DNA of 64,000 bases, from contig OZ024744.1 in the NCBI GenBank assembly GCA_964016885.1, positions 67,394,001 through 67,458,000 on the forward strand, read 5' to 3'. Below, one piece after another: positions 48,096 to 61,095 of the stretch. How positions within the stretch are numbered: the stretch's first letter is position 1; every line of letters starts with the position of its first letter. The translations under genes were made by a program, and so were the position numbers. Under the pieces are notes generated by a model. The model ran no database searches. It saw nothing but the letters and a program-made list of their open reading frames with translations, and was not told the origin of the DNA. Origin of the DNA: Eledone cirrhosa. Taxonomy: Eukaryota.

Positions 48096-48619
48096 ATATC
48101 AACTAGAAATTGATTGACATATATATATATCTAAAATAAACACATGAAACAATCACAGGGGATAATTTGTAAAGTGTGTAAGCACACACAACTAGGCAGG
48201 TAACTAATTAAATCATTTCGGACTCGGCTGCTATTTCTAGCTGTCGATAATCCTATTCACGCCACTGGGATGACGCTGGTACGATGTGTGTAGCTTTAAA
48301 AATGCAACACGTGCGACGGGTCATTCGCAGATTTGCATTTGCTGTGTAAACAGATAGTTAAATCTTCTTGTTGAAAATCCGAAATTTGACTACGGTGAGT
48401 TTACGGATTAATGGTGAAATATATTTCTTTAATGAAATATATACAAGGAAGATTAATCATTTTAAAATGTATCTATATTTGAAGTTCTAGTTAAACTTTA
48501 ATTAGTTACCTACCTAGCTGTGTGTGCTTACACACTTTACAAATTATCCCCTGTGATTGTTTCATGTGTTTATTTATAGATATATATATATATATGTCAA
48601 TCAATTTCTAGTTGATATA
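48096..48619. repeat. Fold-back or MITE-like element (~118-bp inverted arms 48096-48212 and 48497-48619)
   Basis: Arms are reverse complements, including an internal (TA)n; no hammerhead core found. Confidence 0.8.
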
Positions 48620-48639
48620 TATGTATATTTATATATATT

Positions 48640-51232
48640 TGTTTTGCGAGGTTTTTGATATGAAATCGTGTGTCGAAACAAATATTGTTATACTTGGGGA
48701 GAGTCATGTTGTTGTAATAATTTTGCCAGAAATAATAACAGAACACACTCATTGTTTAATGATATGGATCGACATCCTAAAGCCAAGCAGACGCACTGCC
48801 AACAACTTCCAGGCGTCTAAAAATGACACACCATCCTTGTATGGGCTCCGCAAAGACCATAAGACAGTCGACGACCCGACAACAGGACCACCAACAAGAC
48901 CTGAATGCGGAGCCAATATCGCAAGCAACTACAGGATCTCCTACTTCCTCTCAATGGTTATACGCCCCATAATCAAGATGTCCCCAGATGTATGTGACAG
49001 TACAGAGGACCTCCTCAGCTGAATCAATGAGTGCAACAAAAACAAAAACCTATCTAACTGCATAATAGGCAGTATGGATGTGGTATCACTATACCCATCC
49101 ATTAACATTGATTTTTCTGTGGGAAAATGTGTGGAGATAATCATTGAGATTGAGGTGGAGTTCTGCGACGTCGACACAGATGAACTGGGCCTCCTACTTA
49201 GACTTACCTATGACACCGAGTACCTAGATAACCATGACCTTAGCCGTTTCTGCCCCAGTAGACCCATAAGAGGTAGACCCCCCTACCATAACCTCAATTG
49301 CAAAAAGGACTCCCATGGGAAGGTGGATTGGGTGAACCAAAGCCATACGCCCCCCCCCCCCCCCAAAAAAAAACAATGATCAAGTAAGAAAAATGGTCGC
49401 TCATGCAATAGGGGCTAGTATTCAAATTCAACGAAAATATCTACACCCAAAGTGAGAGAGCAGCGATTGGCGTCAGCATAGCTGGTATCGTTGCCAACCT
49501 TTTTATGGTATGGTGGGAAAGGAGACTCAAAGATCTCCTTGATGAAAGCTCCATAGAGCTCATCATGTACTCTCGTTACGTAGACGACATTAATATAGTA
49601 ATAAGGACACCCCCATAAGAGAGTACTAACAAATATGATTTAGAATGTGGCACAATGGAAAGCATCCAGAAGATACCTAACTCCATACACCAGAGTATAA
49701 CTGTAACTATCGACTACCCTTCCAAACATCCTAACAATAGACTACCTGTATTAGACACGGAACTCTGGATTAACACTATAGACGAGAGAGCCCAAATTCT
49801 CCACTCTCACTACGTTAACCCTTGGCCTCCAAAAACCTGATACTCAAAAACTCAGCAATGTCCAGTAGTGCTAATATTCTCATCTCAGAATTGGTACGAG
49901 TGATGAAGAACGTGTCCCGCATGTGCGACCCAACAGAAATGGAAAGACACATCCAACACTTCATCAACCGCATGCAGTTCTCTGGCTACAACCAAAGAGA
50001 TAGAATCAGAGTATACAAAGGAGCCACAGAGAAGTATAAGACCCTCATAGAACTGGACATAAAAGGAAGTTGCCCATTATACAGGAGCAAATCATGGAAT
50101 AGCTTAGATAGGGAAACATAAGATAGGGAAAGCCACCTCATGGTACGACAACCAGAGATACCAGAGTGTCATGTTCGTGGACGCTACCCCTGGAGGGAAA
50201 TTAGCTAACCAATGTAGAAAGGCCCTGAGAATGACCCACTTCAAGATTAAAGTGGTAGAAAAGCCGGGGCTACCATACAATTCCTCATCAGCAAAACATA
50301 CCCTTTTAAGAAAACCCACCGTACAAATAGGAAATGTGTTATATGTAAAGTAAACCCCCAGATAAACTGTAAAACTAGAAATGTAGACTATAGTATAAGG
50401 TGTACAGAGGGTAGTTTCAGAAACATGGCAACAACATACATAGCCGAGACAGCTAGAAGCATAGGAGAAAGGATAGACCAACACTGGGGGAATTAAAAGG
50501 ACGAAAAAAACGGTTCAGTACTATACGAACACGCCAGACAACAAAATGACGGTAACATAGACAACATAGAAATTAAAATAATATCTAATCACAGAAATGA
50601 CCCAGCGGGTAGGCAAATCAAAGAGGCAAGAGGCAAGCGAAATAGAGCTTAGAAGGCCAAAGCTAAACAGAAAAATGAATGGAACAACAACACCCAAACA
50701 AACAATACTGACTTAAGAGAAATATAAAAATAAATAAATAAATAAATATATACACAAGCACAATAACAACAAACACATATATACACAAGCACAATAACAA
50801 CAAACACATATAAACACACACTAGTAAACTAAGATAGAATACAATAACCAAAACACAGTCACCCAAACGTTAACACACACACCAAACACTATACACACAC
50901 GAAAACGCATGCGCAGAGAAGACAAACATGAATAAATAAATAAACAGATAAAATAAAAATGGCGTAGGCATACAATACAACAGGAGGAACATAATAGTAC
51001 CACTGATGATGTTGCAGATGTGCAACGAAAGAACTTTATTAGACTATATATATGTGTTTATATCTGTATTTTTAACCGTTGGTCAGTCAATGATAAACAT
51101 TGAGGACCAAATGAATTAACTGTGGAGATATAAAAGATACAGAAGCGAAAACTAACCAAACAGTGAGTGTGTTCTGTTATTATTTCTGGTAATATTATTA
51201 CAACAATATGACCCTCCCCAAGTATAACAATA
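48640..51232 (+). mobile_element. Decayed PLE of a second clade (RT + GIY-YIG) with inverted terminal copy
   Basis: LYGLRKDHK..GPPTRP.CGA, IGSMDVVSLYPSI, RYVDD, DYPSKH..LPVLD, FVDATPGGKLA, YIAETARSIGER; inverted repeat 48683-48757 / 51158-51232; CTGATGA-tGTTGCA gatg TGCAAC-GAAA at 51003-51030. Confidence 0.88.
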
Positions 51233-51290
51233 AATATATATATATATCAATAATATTAATAAATGGAAAATATCTTTATAAAACCATAAT

Positions 51291-51351
51291 TATTTTATTA
51301 TACGTATTTCAAGGGAACTAATATTTAAGTACGCCTTCATCAGATAAAATA
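51291..51351 (-). ncRNA. Type I hammerhead ribozyme
   Basis: TATTTTAT-CTGATGA-AGGCGTACT..AGTTCCCTT-GAAA TACGTA TA-ATAAAATA: 8-bp stem I, palindromic stem III, AUA triplet. Confidence 0.75.
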
Positions 51352-52441
51352 TAATAATTGGTGTTAAGATAGTGACATATCTTCATGTGAACTTAATGTT
51401 ATAAGTTCAGTGAGGATAGTGAATAGAGATGTACAAATGTTCAACACTCAAGGGAAATATGCTAATAAGGATAACGTTAAAATTGAGATGAGCCGTTAAG
51501 TTTAGACGCTACATAAATTCTAAATACTTATTTAAATTTTTTTTAAGGGTTTGCTATTAAATTTGAAAAAATTATTGTAGAGTTATTTTAGAATTATTTA
51601 TACATATATGCACCCAAAAGTTTAGAAAAAATGATATAATTATACTTATTTATTTATTTAATTTTTTTAAATATATATTTTAAGAATATGGATGTATTTA
51701 TAATATTTAGATGAGAATTATAATGTATTGTATTAAATTATAAACTATTAATTCATTAAAGCAATTACAACAATATATGTGAATGAAATATACGAGTGGA
51801 TAATTTTTCAATTAAACAGCACCCACCGGAAATATACGAGTGGATATATTTTTTCGCATATATTTTAATATTATGAGTGTAGTTATAAATATAATATATT
51901 GTAGTATAAGACATTATTATATATCAAAATAAATATTTATTTATTACATAAATGATGACGTATTTAAGTATACATAGAATTATAAATGAGCGTAAGATAG
52001 ATCAAGCAATAATATATATGCATTTTATACATATACTTTAAGAATGTGAAAGTAATTATATTTTTAAGTAACTATGTATAGTATTATGCATAATCTATTA
52101 TTGCATATGGTTAGTAATATAATATTTAAACATTTATGCAAGTTGAAATGTAAGCGAAGAAAATTCTAAAGGAATGTTTACGATGGATATTTAATAATAT
52201 ATTTAATAATATATTGTTTCATTTAATGTTTAACCTAATAATTAATTATAATTTATATTATCTGAGTTCAAATCACGCCGAGGTTAACTTTGCCTTTCAT
52301 CCTTACGGGGTCGATAAAATAAAGTACCAGTAATGAACTGGGTAATTGCTGGCCTTGTGCCAAAAGTAGAAACAATTATAATATAAGTAGAAAATTCATA
52401 TAAGATTTCAGAACACCATATAGTAAATATGGTTTTGATAA

Positions 52442-52969
52442 TAGTAATCCTCGCTACATCGCAAATTTTTCGTTAGAACATATCTCTTTTCTTATCGCGG
52501 TACGTCTGAGTAAAAAGTGTTTAAAATTTAAACTTATTAAATAAGTTTCGATATGATTGAAGTGTAAGAGTAAGTGTAAGGCTTTAACTATAAAAATGTT
52601 TCTATTCTTCATTCCATTACTGTTTTACTGATTGTGTTTTTCTCTAATCTACTACAACCCCTTCTTAGATTGACGGGAGATGTGCAGTGTATTACCAAGT
52701 GGCTACCGTGGCTGGTAATGGTCGTCATTGGTAACTAGTGGTACGATCGTTGGTGGTAGTTTCTATACGATCGTTACTGGCTGTTTTTGGTGTTTAAATA
52801 CAAAAGTGTGTTTTAATCAATTTATATGTACTTAAAGCATGTAGGAGGGGCATTTTAGTGCTTAAATTACGATAACAACGGTTGCCTTTATGGTCTCTGT
52901 ATATCGCGGATTTTCATTTATCGCGGTTGGTGCTGGAATATCCCCCGCGATAAACGGGGGATTGCTGTA
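52442..52969. mobile_element. Decayed Tigger/pogo-like MITE
   Basis: Right end reads TA-CAGCAATCCCCCGTTTATCGCGG on the minus strand; left end TAGTAATCCTCGCTACATCGC is a degenerate match. Confidence 0.5.
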
Positions 52970-53174
52970 TTTGTGATGTGCCGCTGATTGTCGGACTTGG
53001 TGGTGAGTTAATGGTCGTTATTGTTTTTGTCACCCCCGTTCTTTTTTTCATTTTCTCACTCGAATCGTATATTTTGGTGCGTTGTATTTGTGAGGTTCCT
53101 AGCATTAGTTAATCGTATTTGTTGTATGTGTTCATATTTGTGTTTATATTTTCAGATAAAAAGCTGTCGATATT

Positions 53175-53462
53175 GTCTCTCGAATTGAGAGGCCACAGTT
53201 CTGATACTATGGGCATGTAGTTAGAATGTCTCAGGAAAGAATCACTGGACAGATTTTACAGGGAAAACCAGCCAGCAAGAGACCCAGAGGTAGACCCTGA
53301 ACAAGATTGTTGGATTATATCCATGAGCTTGGCTAGTCTCACCTGGGGAACCAGCTGAATCAGTTGGAGATGGTTGTCTCTGACAGGACCTGCTGGAAGG
53401 AGTGTTTGAGAACTCTGCCCCTAACGACTCTCAAAGAAATAAGTGGGCAAAGAAGAAGAGAG
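53175..53462 (+). mobile_element. 5'-truncated RTE-clade LINE with 17-bp TSD
   Basis: YYGHVVRM..KRPRGRP.TR.LDYI; AAAAAGCTGTCGATATT at 53158-53174 and 53463-53479. Confidence 0.85.
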
Positions 53463-53759
53463 AAAAAGCTGTCGATATTTTTGTTTAGACTGAGGTATGT
53501 AAATAAAGTAAATGGTTCAGGTAGAGTTACCAAATTTGTGACAGAAAATTTCAGAGTTAAGGAAACATATCTGTACAAAAGATCCTACAGCTCACAATTA
53601 ATTATGATCACCTACAAAAATTGAACAAACCAACAACAATCACAAGAGATTGACACTCCAAATTCACTATTTTCCTTTTACTTTGCTCCACTTTTCAAAT
53701 TAAATGACACGACGGTTCAGTTATATTCAAATATTGTAAGCGCGTCCATTGAGAATATC

Positions 53760-56700
53760 GTCTTTGACAAACTGCTCAGTTGCTCGCATGTGTGCGTGCT
53801 GAATTCTGTGTCTTTCCGCTGGGAACAACCCCTGGTCCCCCCCCCCTCTTTTTTTGTGTACATCCATCCATTCACTCATTCATTTACTGCCATTCTACCT
53901 TCCCGTGTCTCCTCCTCCATGCAGCCCCTTTTCGCTCTCGTTTTCTAGCACCTCCATATATATAGGTGAGATATGCTGCCCTCTTACCAGCACTTTCCCT
54001 TCCAACTACACACACCAGCCACCCACCCCTGATGCCGCTCGGTGCCCCAGTCCCCGGCCCCACGCCCCATCCCCCACCCCTCCAAATCGACACCTGCAGC
54101 ACTTGCGGCAATACTAACAAACGGAAGAGGGGCCGGAACTGTTTGGGGTGCGGCTGCTTCCACCACCTCACCTGCGTTGGCTTGACTCGTCGAGCTTCGA
54201 ATGCCCTCGCAGCGTGGAGGTGCAGGAGCTGCCTCTTCCCCACGTCTTCCCAGCCACGGCCGTCTCGCACACCACCAGATGGGACAGCGAGCTTGCCTGA
54301 CGCCCGAGCCTCGCTGGTCAACATCGCTCGGCTCAGGCGGCTCCGGAAGCTCCCACTCAGGATCCCGAGAGCGGCACGGGTGCCGGTAGCCGATGCCCTC
54401 ACTTGCTCGATTGAGAGCGCCCTGGACTCCAATCAAGCCAGTGACTGGGAGCGGCTGTTCTATTTCGCCTCACTTGCCCTCGGCCTCCCCAGCTCTGGCG
54501 CTGACCGGGGCGGCCGGTCAGCAGCAGCCTTCGTCAAGGCCAATGTATCGTCATTTGGGCGAGCGCCCATTCCAAGCGTACCCAGGGACGCCACACACCC
54601 CACCCTCAGGTACCCCCTATCCTCCACCCCCGAGGCCAGCGCCAAGCGTTTGCGTGACCAGGTAAACGCAAAGCTTATCGTGGGTGATGTCTCGGCCGCA
54701 GTCAGAGTTGTTGCCTCAGAGGACACTGTCCTCCAACCCACCGAGGAGATCCTGGCTGCTCTTCGACTCAAACACCCTGAACCACCCACTGATCTCAGAT
54801 CCATACCCCCATCCGACCCCACCAGCTCCTTGTGGCTACTGATGCAGATATTATGTCCGCCATCAGGTCCTTCCCAGCTAGCAGCTGCGGAGGTGTTGAT
54901 GGTCTCCGACCAGGCCACCTCAAGGAGTTGACATCCCCCTCTCCGCTGAGGCCGGGTACTGCCTTCTGAGTGCAATTGTGGCGCTCACCAATAGGCTCAT
55001 TCATGGTGCCCTCGCCCCTTACTCCCGAGGCCTCTTTTTTTCGGCCAGCCTCACTGCTCTCAGGAAGAAAGAGGGTGGCATACGCCCCATTGCTGTGGGC
55101 AATGTCTTCCGGAGGCTGGCTGTCAAGGTGATCTGCAAGTCCGTCACACACGAACTGGGTGAGGAGTTTAGTCCGGTGCAACTGGGTGTCGGCGTGTCCG
55201 GTGGCTGTGAGGGATCCTCTCATGCAATCAGGCAGTTCTTCAGCAGCTGCCCATCGGTACCGGCATCCAGGGACTCCAGGCACCTCATTGTTAAGCTTGA
55301 CATGAGGAATGCCTTCAACTCTTTACGCCGGGATCATCTGCTCGAGGCCTGCCTCAGCCGAGCCCCCTCTGCCTACCCGCTGGCCTACCTGACATATGGA
55401 GCCCCGAACATGCTCCTAGCTGCTGATACGGTCATACCCTCGGCTACTGGGATCCAACAGGGCGACCCTTTGGGACCCCTCCTCTTCGCCCTTGGTATTG
55501 ACCACATCGCCCGGAGTATCACGGCCCCTCTCAACGTTTGGTATCTGGATGATGCTACGTTGGGTGGGCCCGTACGGACGGTCTGCCAAGACCTTCAATC
55601 GGTGATTCCTGCCCTGGCGGGAATCGGCCTCCAGGTCAACTCGGCTAAGTCGGAGGTGGTGAACGTCAGCCTCGTTGCTGTGAGCTTTGCAGCCTCCGTC
55701 TTGGACGTGCGGTCCGTTCTCCGCCATGTTCAGGTGACCCCCAAAGAGGATGTCCTCATCCTCGGGTCACCGATCCACCCGCCGGCCATCCGCTCCACCA
55801 TCAGGTCCAGGCTTCAACAGCTCCAGACTCTCACGAGCCGACTGGGCTTGATTGACGGTCACCCAGCTCTCTTTCTGCTGCGGAACTGCTTCGCCATGCC
55901 TAAGATCCTCTATACACTCCGCAGCGCTCCGTGCTACACCCAGACATCTCTCCTCGCTGATCGCGATACTTGTATCCGAGAAGCAGCCGAGGGGATATGC
56001 AACGTCAAGTTTGACGACATAGGGTGGCAACAGGCCACTTTACCGGTCAGGTATGGCGGCCTAGGCCTCCGGTCCCCGATCTCACTAGCTTTGCCGGCGT
56101 ATCTTTCGTCGGTAACCTCGTGCCGCGTCCTCGTCAGCAGGGTTCTTCAAAACACAACAGAACCCTCTGTGTTCAGAGAACGCGAGGCCACCTGTGAGAC
56201 GTGGGCCCGGCTGGGACTTAGCCCAGTAGACGTCCCTCCTCCTCCTCCTCCTCCTCCCCCTATTGACGTTAAGTCCCCCCCCCACCGCACTTGGGATGCC
56301 ATCCAGTGCAGCCTTGTCTCAGACAGGCTCACGCGCCAGCTCGACCAGCACCGCCTTGCTTGTTTTCGTGCGGCCTCCAAACCCCACAGTGGTGCCTGGC
56401 TCCATGCCCTGCCCTCCTTCTCCACTGGCACGCAGCTAGACAACCATAGCCTGCGAATCGGCGTTTCCCTGAGGCTCGGTCTCCGGATCTGCCAGCCACA
56501 CCAATGTCGCTGCGGTTCCACCGTGAACTCTTTCGGCCTCCACCCGCTTTCCTGTCGCCACAGTGTCGGCCGCATTCCACGCCATACTGCCCTTAACGAG
56601 GTCATTAAGCATGGCTTGGACGCTGCAGGCCTCCCGTCCCAGCTCGAGCCGGTGGAGCTGGATCGAGGGGACGGCAAAAGGCCAGATGGCATGACCATCT

Positions 56701-57139
56701 TCCCGTTCCGCGGTGGCAAGCCCCTTGTCTGGGATGCCCCTTGCACCGACACTTTCTGTAGCCCCAACTTGGTGCAGTCTGCGACTGACCCAGGTTCTGC
56801 TGCACGTCGGGGTAAGGGGGCCAAACTCCTCAAATACCGGTCGCCATCCGACAGGTTTGCGGTCGTTCTCCTGGCAGTGGAAACTTCTGGTGTCCTCGGC
56901 CCCAGGGCTACCTCCCTACTCACCACCATAGGCGCTGAGCTGGCCAGCCGTAGGTGTGAGCCCCGCGAGTTGGAGTCGCTTTTCCAGCGCGTCTCCCTTG
57001 CCGTCCTCCGGGGAAATGCCTTCTCCATTCTGTCCGCCGGGGCTGTGGGTGGGCCCCATCGCGTACCATTACATTAGTTAAATACCATTCTTTCATTTCT
57101 TAACATTATTAAACCATTCTAAGTATTAAAAAAAAAAAA
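53760..57139 (+). mobile_element. Near full-length CRE-clade (RLE-type) non-LTR retrotransposon
   Basis: One long coding region with RT, CCHC finger and PD..D nuclease, short 3' UTR, poly(A) 57128-57139; 5' boundary uncertain. Confidence 0.88.
53966..57077 (+). pseudogene. CRE-like polyprotein: PHD finger + RT + CCHC + restriction-like endonuclease, two frameshifts (~54831, ~54938)
   Basis: CSTC..CLGC..H..C..WRCRSC; SCGGVDGLRPGHL in the middle frame; GIRPIAVG, KLDMRNAFNS, QQGDPLGPLLF, WYLDD; CRCG..H.LSC, RH..LN, KRPDG, VETSG. Confidence 0.88.
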
Positions 57140-58006
57140 TGACTTATATAAATTCATTCAATTATCACACGAGAATCCGAGTTATAGAAGACATCCAACG
57201 AGACACGTGGACTAGCAACAATACAACCAGATTCGTAAAATCAATATAACCAGTCAATATGGAAACTTTTAAGACAACAGATTCAGATTTACAAATCCAT
57301 GCAACCATATCAACTAGTGGTGTAAACTGATATTTAAAAAAAAGAAAATGATAAGTCCCTATAATCGGTCTTTCAATGTAAGCCGGAAAACTAAACCACA
57401 AACTGAAACAAAAGAAAGTAAACTGATTACACCAACTTGGTGATCAGATCAGACAACACTCAGCCTCTTATTGCACATTGATTTATCAGGAAATAATCAT
57501 TATTTTATTAGTATTTACCTACAAGAGTCTCAAATACTGGAGTGAGATAGAAAATATTATACTGTAGCCTTATGTTACTTATATGCTATATAGTGTTACT
57601 TCCATCAATCTATCTATTTTTTTATTTATAGATTGAGCGGAATCATTATCACTTGTTCATGGAATAAACATATTTTGACAAATGGATTTTATTCTCATTT
57701 ATTTAACCTATAAATAATAATAAAAAAATAGACAAATACAGTATTAAAATAGCTGGTATTTTGATGGTTCTTTTCTAGATGTGTATTATGCTCAAGAAAC
57801 TGTATGAAAGTATCTTTTCTCAGCCAAAGAGAGAAGTCAACAAAAGTGTGTCCAAAAATAGTCTAACTGACAAAGCCCTTCCCTCACTAACCTAGCTCAC
57901 ATCGTTCACATACCACTTGTAATTTATGGGCGCTCTACAGTAGTGGTTCCAAAAGTTTCTTTTTTTTCTCTTTATTTTTTATGTTTACTCACGGCACACT
58001 TTAGAA

Positions 58007-58328
58007 GAGGCGTGTGCAACATATTCCATTGGCGGGCCACTTTTGAACATTGGAACAACTATTAGGGCCATTAATATTTATTAAGCACTATTCCAAAGAT
58101 TCACCATAACTTCTTTCCATAACATGGAACTGGGAAATTATAACACACATAATCCTATCCAGTGAAGCCCTTTAGAATAGGTCAACTAACAGAAAATTGT
58201 GTTACGGTTATGAAGAAAAATTCTAAATAAGCCTACAAGGTAAAAATTGAAAACGGGTCATCGCAGGCCACTCTGATTGGTCTGGTGGGCTGGATTGTGA
58301 CCCGCGAACCACCTGTTGCCCGCCTCTG
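58007..58328. mobile_element. hAT (Charlie-like) MITE with 8-bp TSD
   Basis: CTTTAGAA at 57999-58006 and 58329-58336; ends GAGGCGTGTGCAAC / GTTGCCCGCCTCTG. Confidence 0.7.
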
Positions 58329-58868
58329 CTTTAGAACAAGTAAAAATATTTTGGTATACTTTGTACTTAAATTTGAAATTTATTAAAGTGTCGTATGTAT
58401 TTATAAGATAAAATATAAATATAAATAATAACTAAAGCTACAGAAAATGTATTTATACTTCCTTCTTTAGTCAATAAATGTAGCAAAGTTATCAATGTGT
58501 TTGGTGTTTGGTGTTGGTGGCGGGTGGAAGCAATGATTTCATTCTTAGTTTAGTTGTTTCTCCACTTTGACAGTTATATATGAACTTTATTACGAATTTT
58601 AATTTGTATTTTTCACATTTTGTATTAGAATCTTGCTCTTTCACAGTGCATCTAATTACATCTCGTGGTGCATCAGTGCTCCTTGGCAGAGAAAGATAAT
58701 TAATCGCGTACATTCAAAATTATTTCTATCACTAGTGTGTGACACTACATGTGTTGTTTTATTCTTATCTCCCTTCTCGCCCCTCTCTCCCTTTCTCTCT
58801 CTCTAACTCTCTCCCTCACTCTTTCCCCTCTCTCTCTAAACCTCTTTCTCTCGCCCTAACTCTCTCCC

Positions 58869-58905
<37 letters not shown>

Positions 58906-59061
58906 ATAATATAATATAACACTAACAGAGTACCAATCAAAACTAACGGGGTGTGTAGTGAAATAATATTTAATTTAATAATTCCTTGATAACAACATTC
59001 TATGTAAAGTCGCTTAAGTCATCAGGCTTTCTTTGACCATCGTTAAATCTTCAATCCATCT

Positions 59062-59138
59062 TTTCTTCTTCTTCTTCTTCTTCTTCTTCTTCTTCTTCTT
59101 CTTCTTCTTCTTCTTCTTCTTCTTCTTCTTCTTCTTCT
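59062..59138. repeat. (TTC)n microsatellite; (CT)n-rich tract at 58768-58903
   Basis: Direct inspection. Confidence 0.95.
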
Positions 59139-59139
59139 C

Positions 59140-59387
59140 TGCCACCGTCGTTTACTTCCTTATATTGTCCCCAACGTCATGGGCTCTTGTGGCCAATAAA
59201 AGTAAATTCATTATTATTGCCTCGGTGGATTGGCAGTAGCATAGAGTTACACCCCTTTACGGTCTGAGTTCAAATCCCACCGAGGTTAACTTTGCCTTTC
59301 ATCCTTACGTGGTCGATAAAATAAAGTACCAGTAATGCACTGGAATAATTGCTGGCCTTGTGCCAAAAGTAGAAACAATTATTATTG
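59140..59387 (+). mobile_element. Short Tx1 3'-end fragment (59140-59218) followed directly by a SINE family 1 copy
   Basis: TTGTCCCC..CTTGTGGCCAATAAA..ATTATTATT matches 9586-9636; SINE 59222-59387 ends in ATTATTATT. Confidence 0.7.
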
Positions 59388-59729
59388 ACTCCGGCTATTT
59401 TACGTTTTAAATTAATTACCCAACTGAAGTTACGTTTGTCTTTCATCCTTCCGGAGTTGATAAAATATACTGCTAGGGGTCAAAGTTCGGTGAAAGGGGC
59501 GAGGGGGCGAGATACAGAAGGTAGCCAAAGGGGTTAGCGTATCATGAATATAAAATAAACAAAATACAATAACTGACTACCAACTTAATCATTGACCCAG
59601 TGTGTGTGTCCGTGAAACATATACACATACACCTGGTCTGAACACAAAGGAACCAAACTCCCTCTGTCTCTGACTCTGTCTTTTCCGTGCTCTCCCCATC
59701 TCTCACTATTATGAGAAACTGGGGGACCA

Positions 59730-60115
59730 CGTGCTAACTGCCCCGCGGCGGCCCTGGAGGACTGGCCACCTCACGGCCCTGGTGGACAGAATAAAGAAGG
59801 CGTTTCCACCGAGGGTGGTGAGGGAGACGCGCTGGAAGAGCCATTCCAGATCGCGAGACTCGCACCTGCGGGTAGCCAACGCTGTGCCGAGGGAGGTGGC
59901 TCTAGGGCCAAGGACACAAGAGGTGTTCTGGTGAGGGGATTGATTGTAGATATATATGGGTGGAGTTGAAGATTACTGCAACTGTAAACCATGTATTTCC
60001 TGAGTCGATGTTGTCTTTCATTTTGAGTAGGTTTTATTCAGTGTGAAAGATGGTTGTGCCGATGGTGCTGAGTAGGGAGGTGGCCCTAGGGCTAAGAACA
60101 CCAGAAGTTTCCACT
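59730..60115 (-). mobile_element. Older fragments of the CRE-like 3' region
   Basis: 59730-59935 and 60060-60115 are diverged reverse complements of 56875-57060. Confidence 0.7.
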
Positions 60116-60202
60116 TATATACTTAGATAAGTTTAATCAAGTAACCCCTCCCCCTCCCCACCAAACAATTGCGGGCCTTGAACCAACCAACATTAGAAAG
60201 AA

Positions 60203-60390
60203 TTGGTGGATTGGCAGTATCAGTAGAGGGTCGGACGCCATGCTTTCCGGTATAGTTACGTCCCTTTACGATCTGAGTTCAAATCCCGCCGAGGTTGACT
60301 TTGCCTTGCATCCTTACGGGGTCGATAAAATAAACTACCAGTAGTGCACTCGGTAATTGTTGGCCTTGTGCCTAAAGTAGAAACAATTAT
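60203..60390 (+). mobile_element. SINE family 1 copy (others at 35420-35580, 35822-36040, 52260-52380)
   Basis: TGGCAGTATCAGTAG A-box-like head, GAGTTCAAATCC B-box, central domain and 3' end. Confidence 0.85.
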
Positions 60391-61095
60391 TTTTAACATC
60401 ACAGAAGAAAAAAATGATAATGTAGTCAAGCAGTTTGCTTCGCAATTTAAATTATTGATCTAATTTTACATTCACTTAAGCCAATTACAATAATTTTCTT
60501 TCATATTTTTAAAAACTATTATCTAACATATATCCGCAGATTACGTGACCCGAAGGCATTACTTCTACAACTTTGTTTATTATTACAAAAGCAATGGAGA
60601 GATTCGTATGAATTTTATAATGGATAACACTCCGTATTTATACTATGAATAATTCATTATCAAATACTTCGTTCGCTTTAAAGCCGACAAGGTGTAATCA
60701 GAGTCATAACTAAGAAAAATAGCACCAATGACAAGCTGTGAAATTGTACCCCTGCCCAGCACTGTATTTTAACCTATGAGCCTAATAATTTATATAAATG
60801 GTTAAAAGATCCAGCCACCATAGTGTTCTCACCCATGATAATAAGAGATATATCATACATCTGAAGGAGTTTCTTTTTTCACTCTCCAAGGAAACTTATT
60901 TCACTTTAATAGAACGTGCTCCTAGTCCAAGTGGTGCCCCCTTTATGTGGCACCTATGGCACGTGCCATGCTTGCGATGCCCTGGTTACGCCTCTGGATG
61001 TGATTAGAGAAAGATTTTGACTGCTATTTTTTCTAGCATGTTTTTTCTATCATATTAAACACACACACACCAATATATATATATATATATATACA

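Noticed and set aside
50995-51046. Functional hammerhead in the 48.6-51.2 kb PLE (also a remnant at 39190-39250)
   Set aside because: Core and stem II are present at 51003-51030 but stems I and III cannot be paired convincingly; treated as decayed
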